Shown here piece after piece: positions 36,924 to 49,077 of a DNA stretch of 64,000 nucleotides (position 1 is its first letter; the number at the start of each line of letters is the position of its first letter). The DNA is from Sporopachydermia quercuum (taxonomy: Eukaryota). Both the position numbers and the translations under genes were made by a program. The DNA lies in assembly GCA_001599295.1 (NCBI GenBank), contig BCGN01000006.1, forward strand, positions 372,001 through 436,000. Direction: 5' to 3'. The notes under the pieces were generated by a model. That model saw nothing but the letters and a program-made list of their open reading frames with translations. It searched no databases and was not told the DNA's origin.

Positions 36924-38330
36924 ATGTTATTCACCACTTGTCTGAAATTCACAGTTAACTCAATTAGGATATTGTCTAAACCAACTGGAAAAGTCATCAG
37001 TACTAGTATCCCTAGTTGTACAAGAACAATGTCAACCAACGGAAAAACTGCATTTAAACCTTTACCAAAACCATCCAAAAAGTTTGAGAAATCAACAAAG
37101 GATGTATGGTCTTTGATCAACGAGGCTGCACATGCAGCTGAAGTAGAGAAGGGCGAGAAAGTAGTAAACTTGGGTCAAGGATTCTTCTCATACAGTCCTC
37201 CAAAGTTTGCCATTGAAGCAGCCAAGAAAGCTTTAGATAATCCCATGTGCAATCAATATTCTCACACCAAGGGTCGTCCATCATTGTTAAACGCATTGGC
37301 CAAATCATATTCGCCCTTACTGAAAAGAGACCTAGATATCAGTGAAATTGTCGTAACAGCTGGTGCAAACGAAGGNATGTTCAGTATTTTCACTGCATTT
37401 TTGAACGAAGGTGACGAGGTCATCGTATTTGAGCCATTTTTTGATCAATACATTTCCAATATCGAACTTCCTGGTGGGAAAGTTGTTTATGTTCCTCTTC
37501 ATCCTCCTAAGGATTTTGACAAAAGAACCATATCTGCTTCAGAATGGGCAATCAACTTTGATGAGTTGAAAGCTGCTATTACCCCAAGGACAAAGATGAT
37601 TGTATTGAACACCCCTCAAAACCCGGTTGGCAAGGTTTTCACCAAAGAAGAGCTTCTCAAGATCGGTGATTTAGCCAACGAGAATAACCTTTTGATCATT
37701 TCTGATGAAGTTTACGACAGACTCTACTACGTTGACTTTGTTCGTATTGCTACCCTATCACCGGAGCTTAGCAGACTCACTTTGACCGTCGGTTCTGCCG
37801 GCAAAACATTTGCTGCCACCGGATGGAGAGTGGGCTGGGTTATCGGCCACCCTGACTTGATCAAATACGTAACTTCTGCTCACACCAGAATCTGTTTCAC
37901 TGTAAACAGTCCTTTACAAGAAGCAACAGCTCAAGCATTTATTACTGCCGACAAGTCTGATTATTTTGAGAGGACTGTTGCAGAATTCAAGCATAAGTAC
38001 AAGATTCTGAATGCTGTATGGGAAGAGTTGGGTATTCCATATACAATTGCTGAAGGTGGTTACTTTGTTTTGGCTAACTTCTCAAAACTAAAGATCCCTG
38101 GTCCCGAGGACTACCCTTATCCGGAAGATATCAAATCTCGTGCTAAGGATTTCAGACTTGCTTATTGGCTGATTAGAGAGATTGGCGTTGTAGCAATTCC
38201 ACCTACTGAGTTTTATATTCCAGAGCACGAAAAGATTGCTCAAGATTGTCTTAGATTCGCTGTTTGCAAGGATGACGAGATGCTAGAGGAAGCAGTTGTA
38301 AGACTACGAAAGTTAAAGGATTACCTTTAA
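36924..38330 (+). CDS. BNA3: Kynurenine/glutamine aminotransferase (class I PLP)
   Basis: VNLGQGFFSYSPP, FEPFFDQYISNIE, NTPQNPVGKVF, SDEVY, GSAGKTFAATGWRVGW, LRFAVCKDD. Confidence 0.95.
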   Translation: MLFTTCLKFTVNSIRILSKPTGKVISTSIPSCTRTMSTNGKTAFKPLPKPSKKFEKSTKDVWSLINEAAHAAEVEKGEKVVNLGQGFFSYSPPKFAIEAAKKALDNPMCNQYSHTKGRPSLLNALAKSYSPLLKRDLDISEIVVTAGANEXMFSIFTAFLNEGDEVIVFEPFFDQYISNIELPGGKVVYVPLHPPKDFDKRTISASEWAINFDELKAAITPRTKMIVLNTPQNPVGKVFTKEELLKIGDLANENNLLIISDEVYDRLYYVDFVRIATLSPELSRLTLTVGSAGKTFAATGWRVGWVIGHPDLIKYVTSAHTRICFTVNSPLQEATAQAFITADKSDYFERTVAEFKHKYKILNAVWEELGIPYTIAEGGYFVLANFSKLKIPGPEDYPYPEDIKSRAKDFRLAYWLIREIGVVAIPPTEFYIPEHEKIAQDCLRFAVCKDDEMLEEAVVRLRKLKDYL

Positions 38331-39177
38331 TCGTGATCAAAGATTTGGAAGAAGGACTGATAGTATGAAAGACACAACGTTGGATTCATTTAGTTAAATA
38401 TATATTTTTAGATCTGATGACAATAAAAAATCAACCTATACAAATGTGGCCAAATGATCGTAAGTCGAGGCACTGGTAACGGAGACACCTCACGTCAGTA
38501 TGAATTTCCTCTCTTCGTTATGTAGAACCTATTGAATAGATACTAATAATTGCTTTTAAACTGAGCAACTATATCAGAACATATTCACAGTCTAACTGCC
38601 GGGATAACCCAAACATCACCATTCGTTGCTTTTTCAGTGTGCTCTCTATAACAGCTTCGTATAAATTCAGCTCCATCTCCTCCTTCATCAGTTGACTGAC
38701 ATTCACATGTCTCATATCCCATATGCTTAACAATTGGTAAAAACTATCTACTGATTTACCCTTTTCAGTATACTTTTGAGTCACTGCTTTTTATCCTTAT
38801 CAGATCACGATTGAAATTGAGTGAGTGGTTTAATTATGTATCAACCCAACTATCAGATGAAGGGATGGATATAAGACGAATCAACATAGCTCTTGTTTAA
38901 CAAGTAAACAAATGTCTTTACAGTGGCCCTGGAAATTTGTATAGACTTACAACAATATAAACTGATCTCTTTATCGAATGAGTAACTTTAATTGTCTTTT
39001 TTTTTTATAGCATATTTAACTTGATTCACTGAAGAGCTCGAATTGAATATATCAACACACTGGTATCGTTGATTTGAAGATTAATTAGATTAACATCGAA
39101 TTCCCTAAGAGATACTTCTAGCGGCATATTATTTGGGGATACTTACTAATATCATATTTGGATGCGATCTTTTGAAA

Positions 39178-40928
39178 ATGATTAAATTAACTACTCAAGC
39201 AAGAACATTCATATCATTCTGGATCTTTGGCCTGATAAACAATGTGTTGTACGTGGTTATTCTATCAGCAGCAGTTGACCTTGTTGGACCATTAGTACCA
39301 AAAGCTACAGTACTTCTGGCGGATGTTTTACCATCGTTCTTGGTTAAGCTTTCAGCTCCCTTTTATATCCATTTAATTCCTTACAAGTAAGTTACTTCTT
39401 CGTGAGTATCAAGAAGGACTTTTTTGTGTCGATAGGATAATTGATCGCCAGATGTAAAGCTAGATAATACTAACACACTATATAGAACGCGACTGGCCCT
39501 TTTGATTGCCCTTTCAGCCGGAGGGATGATTATAATAGCACTCGCGTCATCAATAGGACCAAGGATATTTGGCATTGCTCTTGCATCACTAAGCTCAGGA
39601 TTAGGAGAACTCACGTTCCTACAGCTAACTCATCATTATGGTGATTCAAGCTTGAATGGATTTAGTTCAGGTACTGGTGGGGCAGGACTAGTTGGTAGTA
39701 GGTGTTCTAATGTTTGTTCGATCTTCTCTATATTTATATTTCATATCATCACCTGCCTTAAATTCAACCTCAAAGATACTAACAGCGCAGGTTTTACATA
39801 CTTAGTTTTAACCACGTGGATTGGGCTTTTACCAGCAACCGCTTTAATCGTGTTTAGCGTAAGTGTTCAACATAGAATACTCATTAGCAATACTGTTGCA
39901 TAGTCATTCGCTAACATTCAAAGGTTGTGCCATTTGGCTTTATTGCAACGTTTGCATTCCTTTTACCAAAATTCTCTCAAACAAGCTCTCCAAGTACATC
40001 AGAATCCTTTCTTGCATACGAAAGCGTACCAACAGATGAAGTCGAGTATGTCGAAGAACCAGCGAAACCTAATATAACACTTGCATCCATAGTTGAAAGT
40101 ATAAAACAGGGAAATACCGATATTGTAAGAGAGCATGTTCTTCATACAATTGGGAAGCTGAAAATACTTCTTGTTCCCTATATGTATGTATAAAAATATC
40201 ATTGTCGTGCTGTTATGTCTGAAAGTAATGTTAATGCAGCGTTGAATTTTATTAACACTTTTGCTTGATAAATAGGTTACCTTTGATGACTGTATATATT
40301 GCTGAATACATAATCAATCAAGGGGTATCACCAACTCTTCTTTTCCCTTTGGAAGAAATGCCCTTCGATAANTTTAGAGATGCTTATGTCACTTATGGAA
40401 CATTATACCAACGTAAGTTCTTATTCACTTTTTTAGGGTGCTTCATGGGGCTCATATCGGAATATTAACATTGGTTTATTAGTGGGAGTTTTTATCTCAC
40501 GATCTTCAGGTGCATTCATAAGAATAGAGAATCTCTATATGCTTAGCGTCTTACAATGTATAAACCTGGCAGTATGTCTAATTCAAGCATTGTACATGAT
40601 TATACCCAATATTTATTGGATGTTCGTATTGATATTCTATGAAGGTAAGTGTGTTCTAGCTGAGAGTAATCGTTTTGAATAAAAACCAGTATCAAGAAAC
40701 ACACATTAACTAACGATTTCAGGTTTATTAGGAGGAGCATCTTATATTAATACCTTCATGAAAGTATCAGAGAAAGTACCCTTGAATGACAGAGAGTTTT
40801 CCATGGGTGCTGTTGGCATAAGTGATTCAGCAGGTATAGTTATTGCTGGTGGAATTTGCATGTGGCTTGAAAAATGGATTTGCCAATTCCAAAAGAGTAC
40901 AGGAAGGCCCTGGTGTGAGCTGCCATAA
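39178..40928 (+). CDS. YHC3: Battenin/CLN3 vacuolar membrane protein; 7 exons: 39178-39386, 39486-39697, 39791-39858, 39924-40183, 40276-40412, 40483-40644, 40723-40928
   Basis: The spliced frame gives [83 protein letters not shown] and REFSMG. All six introns have GT...AG ends and a branch point. Confidence 0.93.
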
Positions 40929-41014
40929 TAAAAAGAGAGGCCAGCTATCTTCTATTGTTGATGTTATACTTTCGTCTCCAAATGGGATTCAAGCTCCCTT
41001 CTTTACTATTTCAT

Positions 41015-42638
41015 TCATACCATGTCATAAGAATACCAGACTATATTATATCAGCATTTCTATAAATGATAGACTCCAGCATTCTTTGGTACTCATCGTT
41101 TGATTGAATAGAAACCAATAAATAGAAAAGTTGTCTCGCTCTTTTGACTATAATATCGTCTTGGCTCCATAGCATAGAAGAGAGAAAGGCTAGTAAATGT
41201 TAGTATTATCGAAGGTAAATAAGATTTTTGGGAGATAAAGAGCTATGTCCCAAACTTAAAATATATAATCATACCTAGCGCTCGTTCATTATGTTGAGAA
41301 AAAGGTACAACCAATCTATCTCGAAATTGACAAAGAAGTAATCTATTTGTTGATAAATTGTCTATATGTTCACTAGAGTAAGACCAATATGAACTTCCTT
41401 TCTCGCTTCCGGCTGCATTCTCAAATTCCAATTGAAGTGGCAATAGTATTCCTTCTAGATATGGCATAGCTTTATCATAGAACGTGATCCAAGAATTGAT
41501 TAATGAAGAGTCTAATCCACTATGAATCTCTTGTTTCTGTATATAGTCTTTCAATACTTTATTGCTATCAACCAAAGCTCTCAAACCTCGCTGTATAAGT
41601 TCGTTAAATCTGTTGAGAAGAACTTGAGCAGGAATACCATCTTTTATCTGCTGCCTTATATATACACTGTAGCATTGTAACTCAGTTAGTAATCAAAAAG
41701 CAATTCAAAAAATTTCTATACGTACTCCAGAAGATGACAAGGATAAAAAAAGATAAGAAATATCAACAACAGAACAGAACTTACGCCACTACCTGATTCA
41801 GGTCTTCAACAGGTACCCTCAAAGTCTTATCTTTACATAAAAGTTCTACCTTTTCTCCAAGTAAGCCCCACGATGTATCAATTCTTCTTCTAAATTCGTC
41901 CTTCAAAGAAATATTTGATTCTGCTGCGCTTTCTATCGAGTAGAACTCCTGTGAGACATCGAGTCCTGGGCTACTAGGATGAAAAGAGTATATACTACCA
42001 GATACAACCATTGAGTTAGAAGCACTTGAGGACAGCGCTTTAGATGAATCTTTTTTATCTTTTCTATTTCTGATTTTGAGATGGTGATGATGGTGTGTTG
42101 ATTGTCCAGATAGTATACCTTCAGTACCCAATATTGGCGACACGGGTGATTCTACCAAAGTAGCAGGTAGCTCTTTTGATTTCTCCGTTTTCTGTCGTCT
42201 TATAGACTGTGAGAACATTCTCGACTTTTTCGGCCGCCCTTCATCTTTCGTTTTAGACTTCATCGAGGCCGCTGAAAGACTAGTCATACTGCTCAGAGAT
42301 GTATTGCTCAACTTTGACAGCTTGTTTGAACTGTGGGTAGACTTTCTGGCCTTTGATGCCAAACTACGGGCTTTTGCTAAATAATTTTCTCTAGATTTAG
42401 ATGCAAAAGCTGCAGCTGAAGCAGCTACTGAACTTGGCCTAGGTCTTTCATGTTCAATATCAGGCTTCCCGGAAAGGGATAATCTATGAACTGAAGTTGC
42501 CAATGGTGAAAACCCCACATTAGAAACACTGAAGATTACTGGCTGCATGGGCCTTATGCTGAAGTCTCGATCTGATTTTCTCGCTGCTGCGATAGAATCA
42601 GCATTTTTTTCTGACACCACCTTGTTTGCTGGTGGCAT
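41015..42638 (-). CDS. BIT61: HbrB-domain TORC2 subunit Bit61/Bit2; exons 42638-41785, 41666-41275, 41189-41015
   Basis: VPVEDLNQVVA|VYI, SWITFYDKAMPYLEGILLPLQ, FRDRLVVP, SIQSNDEYQR. Introns are GTAAGT..TACTAAC..CAG and GTATGA..TACTAAC..TAG. It is convergent with YHC3, as in S. cerevisiae. Confidence 0.8.
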
Positions 42639-43728
42639 GACGACAACCTTGGTTGTTTGAGCTAATCTTTCATTGAAGTGTAATACCTATACCAAGTAAG
42701 ATAAACTCTCTAAACGTGTAAGAATGAATGTGTCTTTCTGTGATTGATTATTCCACTAATGTATGACTAACTACAACAAGCAGAGCTTATTACACAACTT
42801 TAAAGCAAACCATCAAACAATTGTTCATTTGATTTGCTAGATTCGAACCTCACAGCTAATAACCAATGGTAAAAGTGAAAGAGTATTGACATGGCTCTAA
42901 CCCATTATATAACTAACTCTAAGAGAAGTAACCGATGAATCTACATGGGGGTAAAATAAGGTTTATGCAAAGCGAATGTAAAGTTAAACGTAATCTCGAT
43001 TAACTATATCTTCACATCATTTGACTTGCTTTCATTTTCCTGCAACAAGGAGTAAAATCTACTTAATCTGTTAATTAACTATGAATACAATAAAGTAGCT
43101 GTGTGTGAAATTCTTGGTATATCCTTATCGTTGTGACTCTTTGCTTTGTTTTTAATATTTGCTAATTATTCGGTAATTTGAGTTTGACATTCCTTAATAG
43201 TAACCATAAGTAAACTCTAAGTGGCTAGGATTATCAACAGCCCTGATTTGAGACCAGTTGCTATCTCTTGGAGAACCATGTCAACAGATAGATCTCTTTG
43301 TCCAACCAATTGACGTCAATGATGGCATAGAAACGAGTACACTTCAAACGAACAAGTATGAAAAATAAAAATATTCTACGGTTGGTCATTAGAATTGATG
43401 TATATACTTAGGTCTTCTTGCTTTGAATCCCATGGCGATTGAAAGCAATCTCTGACAGACTTCTTATCAATCGCGCATCATATATATCATCAGTATCTCA
43501 GAGAAACGATCACATGCTACTATTTGAATACTTCGTTCACATTAACAGCAAACTAGTAGCAGAACTCGTTTTGGGTACTAAGGAAGGAGAAAGTAAAGTT
43601 TGGACCGAAATATTTTCATGAATATGTTTTTGATTGGCATATTCATAGTATTTGCATAATTCCCTTGACTAGTGGTGATAAAGCAAAAAACCAACTGTGA
43701 GGTGACTTCGGCCCGGTAAATCCTCACT

Positions 43729-45690
43729 ATGAAAGACATTGTAGAACAGTATATTGAACCAAACCTCAGAGATATTCCAATACATCCATTTCAGCCGTTA
43801 CCAGCACATGCAACTACTGGTATAACTCAAACCACAGTAACAGTTGAAGAAGAACGAGCTGAGTTTGATCAACATGATGATGTCTTTCAAGAGCATTCAT
43901 TCTATAACGACGATGATGAGCCAACCTCACCAGAACAGATATCAAGAACTTCTAAGCCTACGTTGACTGTTTTTACTGAAAGTGGGAATAGTAAAGATAT
44001 GATGGAGACACTATCAGAAGCAATCGAAGATGGTAATGATGGTGCAGAATTTTCTAATAGTCATACTTTGAAGTCAGAATTCTCTTCATCACCATTTGAT
44101 GAGGTTATGCTTGAGGCGGATATTGAAATAGAAGCGCCAGATGATGGTGATGGTACGTTAGAAATTTGATACTGATACTACTTTATATAAGTGACATTTG
44201 GACTAACAAGCATTTTGCTAATGTATACAGATACCCAGGAGTTTCTCAAGCGGCAGAAACAATATTTTATACTATCTTCTGCTGGAAAACCAATATATTC
44301 AACACATGGGTCGGATCAAGTGATATCTGCGTATATGGGGGTAATACAAACCGTGGTAGCTTATTTTGAATCACCTGAAGAGGGTGAAGATACAATACAG
44401 TAAGTATTCTAATATTTACAAATCTGAATGGCTAGATAAAACATAGTGTTTTTATACTAATCGCCTTCTTTTAGATGTGTTCGAGCTGGCTCAACTATTT
44501 TTGTTTTTCAGCATAAGCCTTATATTATTTTACTAGCTATCTCATCGATTGGAGAAACAGAAAGACAATTAATACAGCAACTTGACATGCTCTACAGCTA
44601 TCTTCTATCAACACTCTCCAAACCTCAAATATCTCGTGTTTTTCAGAATCGTGATAATTTTGACTTGAGAAGACTTTTGGGTAAAGCAGATACAGCTTGC
44701 CTGGATGCTCTCAGTGTGGATATGGGTACTATAGGAAATACTGGAATTACTCTTGGTGCTCTTGAATGTCTTTATTTACAGAAAAGTGTCAGGGAGAGAA
44801 TTCATAACTTGATGCTAGAGAAGAGATCTAAGACATTGTTGTATGGAATAATTGTTGCCCCTCGCGGAAGACTTATTAGCGTCTTAAGGCCTAAGCGACA
44901 TAAACTACACACAGCAGATTTACAGTTACTATTTTCCATGGTGTTCAACACTAACATTTTTAATCAACATGACTCGTTGATCTCATCAGACACAACTTCC
45001 GTTGACAAAAACGACAATGAAGAATACTGGGTACCCATATGTTTGCCAAAATTCAACGCCAATGGATTTGTCTATTGTTACGTTAGTTTTCTTGACTCTT
45101 CTGTTAGAGTTCCCCATGAATTCAATGAATTGGATGGTTACCCAAAAGTTGACAAAACAGCGATGGTACTAATAAGTGCCGAGAAAGACTCATTTTTCGA
45201 AATGAAGGAAATAAAGTCTAAGATATACGAGCGACTTGTGAAAGAAAACATAATGAAAGCTATAAACGACTCACTAGCAAAAGGAAGATTTTCCCCTCTA
45301 GATATTCCTATACCTTTGGTAAGACACTTCATATACAAGAACAAAAGTAACTTACAATTCATTTCTTCTTCTTTTAAGCCTCATTTCGAGTCTTTAAAAT
45401 CAAGACGTGTACTGAACATACTTTACTCTAAATTGCATGATTTGACTCACAATGCAAAAAAATTAGGTTCTAATGCAGTTCAATCTCGTGCTGCCTATGC
45501 AAAGTGGAGGGGGAAAGTGAAGGGAGGAGGCCTTTCAGGATTGGCATGGGTGACACCAAAGTTTGAACTATATTTAATAACAGGAAGTTTGGTACGGAAA
45601 GATATGTTAGCTCAGAGTGCTCGTTCAATCACCGAATGGGTAAATAAATATGAGCAAAGAATATTTGTAACAAATGGAGCAATCTTCTGA
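43729..45690 (+). CDS. MON1: Mon1, subunit of the Mon1-Ccz1 Ypt7 GEF; exons 43729-44152, 44231-44399, 44475-45690
   Basis: Acidic N-terminus, then KQYFILSSAGKPIYS, NFDLRRLL, LRPKRHKLHTADLQLLF, WVPICLPKFNANGF and a C-terminal RIFVTNGAIF. Introns are GTACGT..CAG and GTAAGT..TAG. Confidence 0.92.
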
Positions 45691-45929
45691 ATAATAGAGT
45701 CCACTGATATAGGGAAATTAAAATAGGAAAAATGATGAGCTGAATAACAAAAGGTGTTATTGCTATAGATTATGTTTACGGCATTTGTTGAGAATGAAGA
45801 AGTATTTGTATATTTGTATAATCTCATTAAAAACTATGTATGATATGATGGAAAATGAAATATATCTCCTTTGGTAATATCTTCTGTTCATGAAAGGAAA
45901 AAGTACTTTGGCGTGGTGAGAACGAAGAA

Positions 45930-48143
45930 CTAAGACCTTCTGGGTGTTTTGTAAACAATGTTTCTATTAACTGCTGTCGATCTCCTCTTCTTAGCACCCT
46001 TAATGTTATCATATTCTTTATCAACAGTCCTCCTATTAGGTTTAGACTTCCTTTTGAGAGACTTCTCGTTCAGTAGAATCTTATCCTCATAGACAACTGC
46101 GTCTTTCAACTCAGAAGATATGTTTTCTGAAGATTCACTGATATCCATTGTTTCTGCAACCATTTCTCCGACGGTTTTATTTGTTCCACGTTTCCTAATA
46201 ATAACCGGTCCAGTTACGCTAGGCTTTTCATTATCATCAATTTTACCAACTCCAACAGTTGACTCTTCTGTTGGTGAAATGAATGGATTCTGCATTAACT
46301 TCGAATTTATTATATTCAAAGTTGACAACTTTTGAAGTGCACTCACTGTTGCTCTATCAACTTCTGCTGATGAATCATTCGTACTATACACTTTACCCTT
46401 ATCTTCTGAAACGTTAATCAAACATTCAATTTGAACAGATGGATAGCTTTTCGGTTCAGACCGTAAAAAAAATAATGAACTAGACTTTAGGAAGTTGCTA
46501 ACAGAAACAACTACGTTATTTCTAGAATCTGAATGTTTAGAGTTCATGTCTTCCTTGATATCTATGTCCTCTTCAATAGCTTTCTCTCCAAACGCTCTGA
46601 TGAGCGACGCAATCTCTTTACTATAACGCCGAACATGAGCGGTGATATTATTACTCACAGATAACACACCTGAAACATCAACAGGCATAGATGACACTAA
46701 CGACACCAGTAGTTGATTTGGCATCACATATCTAACAGACTCATCATCTTTCCTTGCCCTTGAGTCTCTCCATTCAACCAGTTCTTTCACAAGCTGTGTC
46801 TTAGATTTAGGTATGTTATACTGATACGATAGACGCAACCATGAATCACCAGAAGTCTCAAAACTATTCTGCCTGGTATTTTGAAATTCACTTTGATATT
46901 TCTTGAATTCAGTGTACTCAAATCTCTTTAATGCTACTCCTCTAGAATCGTAAAGCACATCTTGTAGCTTTTTCTTAAGTATCAATTCATTCCTCATACA
47001 GTCGTAGATATATAACAGAAAATGAGTATCTGATCGGGCATAGCTCATCATTTTTTCAGGCAAGGGCCTAATTCTCCAATCTGCCAGTTGATACTTTTTG
47101 GATGTTTTGAATCTCACATAATGTTCTAATAGGTAAGCTAAACTAAACTTAGGTAAACCCAAAGCCTTAGATGCATGAAATGTATCGAATAAACTAACAA
47201 CATAAATACCCAAATCCCTTTGTAACCAAACAATATCCATAAATGCACCGTGAAAAACTTTGACAATACTGGGATCAGTAAACACCTCGTTCAGTATATG
47301 CAGTTCATCTCTAAGGCTAAGTGTGTCGACAATATAATCCTGTGTTCTTGAACTGATTTGCATTAAACAGACTATCCCATAGTAACTTCTATAATCATGA
47401 TGTTCTAAATCAACAGCTATTTCTGTTTCTTTCTTTAAATCAGTTAACATGGACTCTAGAAGTGAAGAATCATTCACCCATATAGCCGATGTATTTTCCC
47501 ACCGTTGAGATTTCACTGGTTTTTCCTGCTGGAATATTGATTCTGGATAAGGTTGATTCTTGATTTCCATTGAGTAAGGATGAGGAAAATATGGGTGATT
47601 GTTGTGATCCACATCAACAAGTTTCACACTCTCTTCAAAAGGTATTAGTGCATGTCGTTTGGAAGTAATCAGTGGCTTAAAAGGATGTTGGTCATTGTTA
47701 TCAAGCCTGCTCTTGAACTTTAGTTGCGGTTTCTCCATCTTTTCATGAATAACTGCTTTATCATCACTCCCTGTATCAAGGTAGGTATAGGATGTATCAT
47801 TGCTAGAACCTCCTGATTTTCTCTTCTTATATTGATCCAGAGCTATATCTGAAGCTTCGAAAAGTCCGTCTAGCGTTTCATTTATCTTTGGCCAAGAACT
47901 CTCAAGCCCTCCATCTGAGATTCTCAATACTCCCTTATCGGTACTTCCTAATTCATGTGAGCTTTTAGCATTATTGATCAAGGTATTTGCTAGATCTAAG
48001 ATACCATTCGCACACACGTCAATATTTTCAGCTGTGTCAGGATCAATCTGTTTGAGAAACTTAACATCTTGAGATGCCAATGCACTTGAGGCTCTAACTG
48101 TTGTCATGAGCCCCATTAGAAGAGGTTTCAATTTTTCATCCAT
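45930..48143 (-). CDS. RRP6: Nuclear exosome 3'-5' exonuclease Rrp6
   Basis: IAVDLEHHDYRSYYGIVCLMQIS, FHGAFMDIVWLQRD, YQLADWRIRPL, YARSDTHFLL and the HRDC motif DESVRYVMPN. The first ATG is at 48143. Confidence 0.96.
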   Translation of the reverse strand: MDEKLKPLLMGLMTTVRASSALASQDVKFLKQIDPDTAENIDVCANGILDLANTLINNAKSSHELGSTDKGVLRISDGGLESSWPKINETLDGLFEASDIALDQYKKRKSGGSSNDTSYTYLDTGSDDKAVIHEKMEKPQLKFKSRLDNNDQHPFKPLITSKRHALIPFEESVKLVDVDHNNHPYFPHPYSMEIKNQPYPESIFQQEKPVKSQRWENTSAIWVNDSSLLESMLTDLKKETEIAVDLEHHDYRSYYGIVCLMQISSRTQDYIVDTLSLRDELHILNEVFTDPSIVKVFHGAFMDIVWLQRDLGIYVVSLFDTFHASKALGLPKFSLAYLLEHYVRFKTSKKYQLADWRIRPLPEKMMSYARSDTHFLLYIYDCMRNELILKKKLQDVLYDSRGVALKRFEYTEFKKYQSEFQNTRQNSFETSGDSWLRLSYQYNIPKSKTQLVKELVEWRDSRARKDDESVRYVMPNQLLVSLVSSMPVDVSGVLSVSNNITAHVRRYSKEIASLIRAFGEKAIEEDIDIKEDMNSKHSDSRNNVVVSVSNFLKSSSLFFLRSEPKSYPSVQIECLINVSEDKGKVYSTNDSSAEVDRATVSALQKLSTLNIINSKLMQNPFISPTEESTVGVGKIDDNEKPSVTGPVIIRKRGTNKTVGEMVAETMDISESSENISSELKDAVVYEDKILLNEKSLKRKSKPNRRTVDKEYDNIKGAKKRRSTAVNRNIVYKTPRRS

Positions 48144-49077
48144 TCTCAAAGACTAGAACAAAACTGATGTTCTCTTCTCAATATCAAGTATGTTACAGTC
48201 GTGACAATGTGGAAAGTAATTCACAGTTGAGTATTTGTATTCGCTTTCCTTTCTTTACGTTTCTATCCCACAGCTACTTTCTTTCCAATTCATGCCATAT
48301 TCAGTCAATTTATAACCTCAGCAACAAAGTCAATTAAAGACTTATAGATCTTCCTCAGGTTTTCAACAATAATATATTACTTGATTTCAATATGAAAAAG
48401 TACTTTTTTTCCTCAACTACCTTTTACTTTACAACAGAAAGCTTTCTATCTGCCTGGAAACGTAAGTGCCTAATAGAAATAACTTTTGTTCATGTTACCC
48501 GGAACTACACTGAAGTGAGATGTAATGGTTCGAATTCAAGTCAGGAGAATAATTTTTTTTTTTTTTTGGGTGGGCGTCCAACAAGATACCACCAACTGTT
48601 TCTTTTCCGGCTATTCTAACAGTGCACTAATCAAAAATATAATAGGGTACGTGCAAAAAGGCGTCTGTTCTCTGATAATGCAAGCTATCTCTATTTTCTC
48701 GGGATTATCAATAACAAGCCAACTAACTCTTTGAGTCGATATTCAGTATGACGCGAATTGATAAGAAAGAAGTAAACGAAGAGTTTCCTATTTGAGCTGT
48801 GTGAAGTCCCATAATGACATGTAGAGATTGAAGATAGTTGGTTGTTGGGTCAGATAAATGTTGGAATGGAGGAATATGCTAAAGATTTTTTAAGAGAAAG
48901 ATATATATGAAGATGATATTTGAGAAGTAGTTCAATAAAATCCAGAAAGTGAGAGTAAATTTTGGGACCGAAAACTTTTCCTTTTGAGTCAATTGAATGG
49001 AATTTAAAACCAACCAACCAATTGAATCTTCTAATGGTGAGAGTAATGGAGTAAGGGTCTCTTAAAATCGTATTGCT

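Noticed and set aside
43278..43621. Possible upstream MON1 exon
   Set aside because: The ATG at 43278 hits a stop after 11 codons, and I found no convincing branch point linking it to the main frame.
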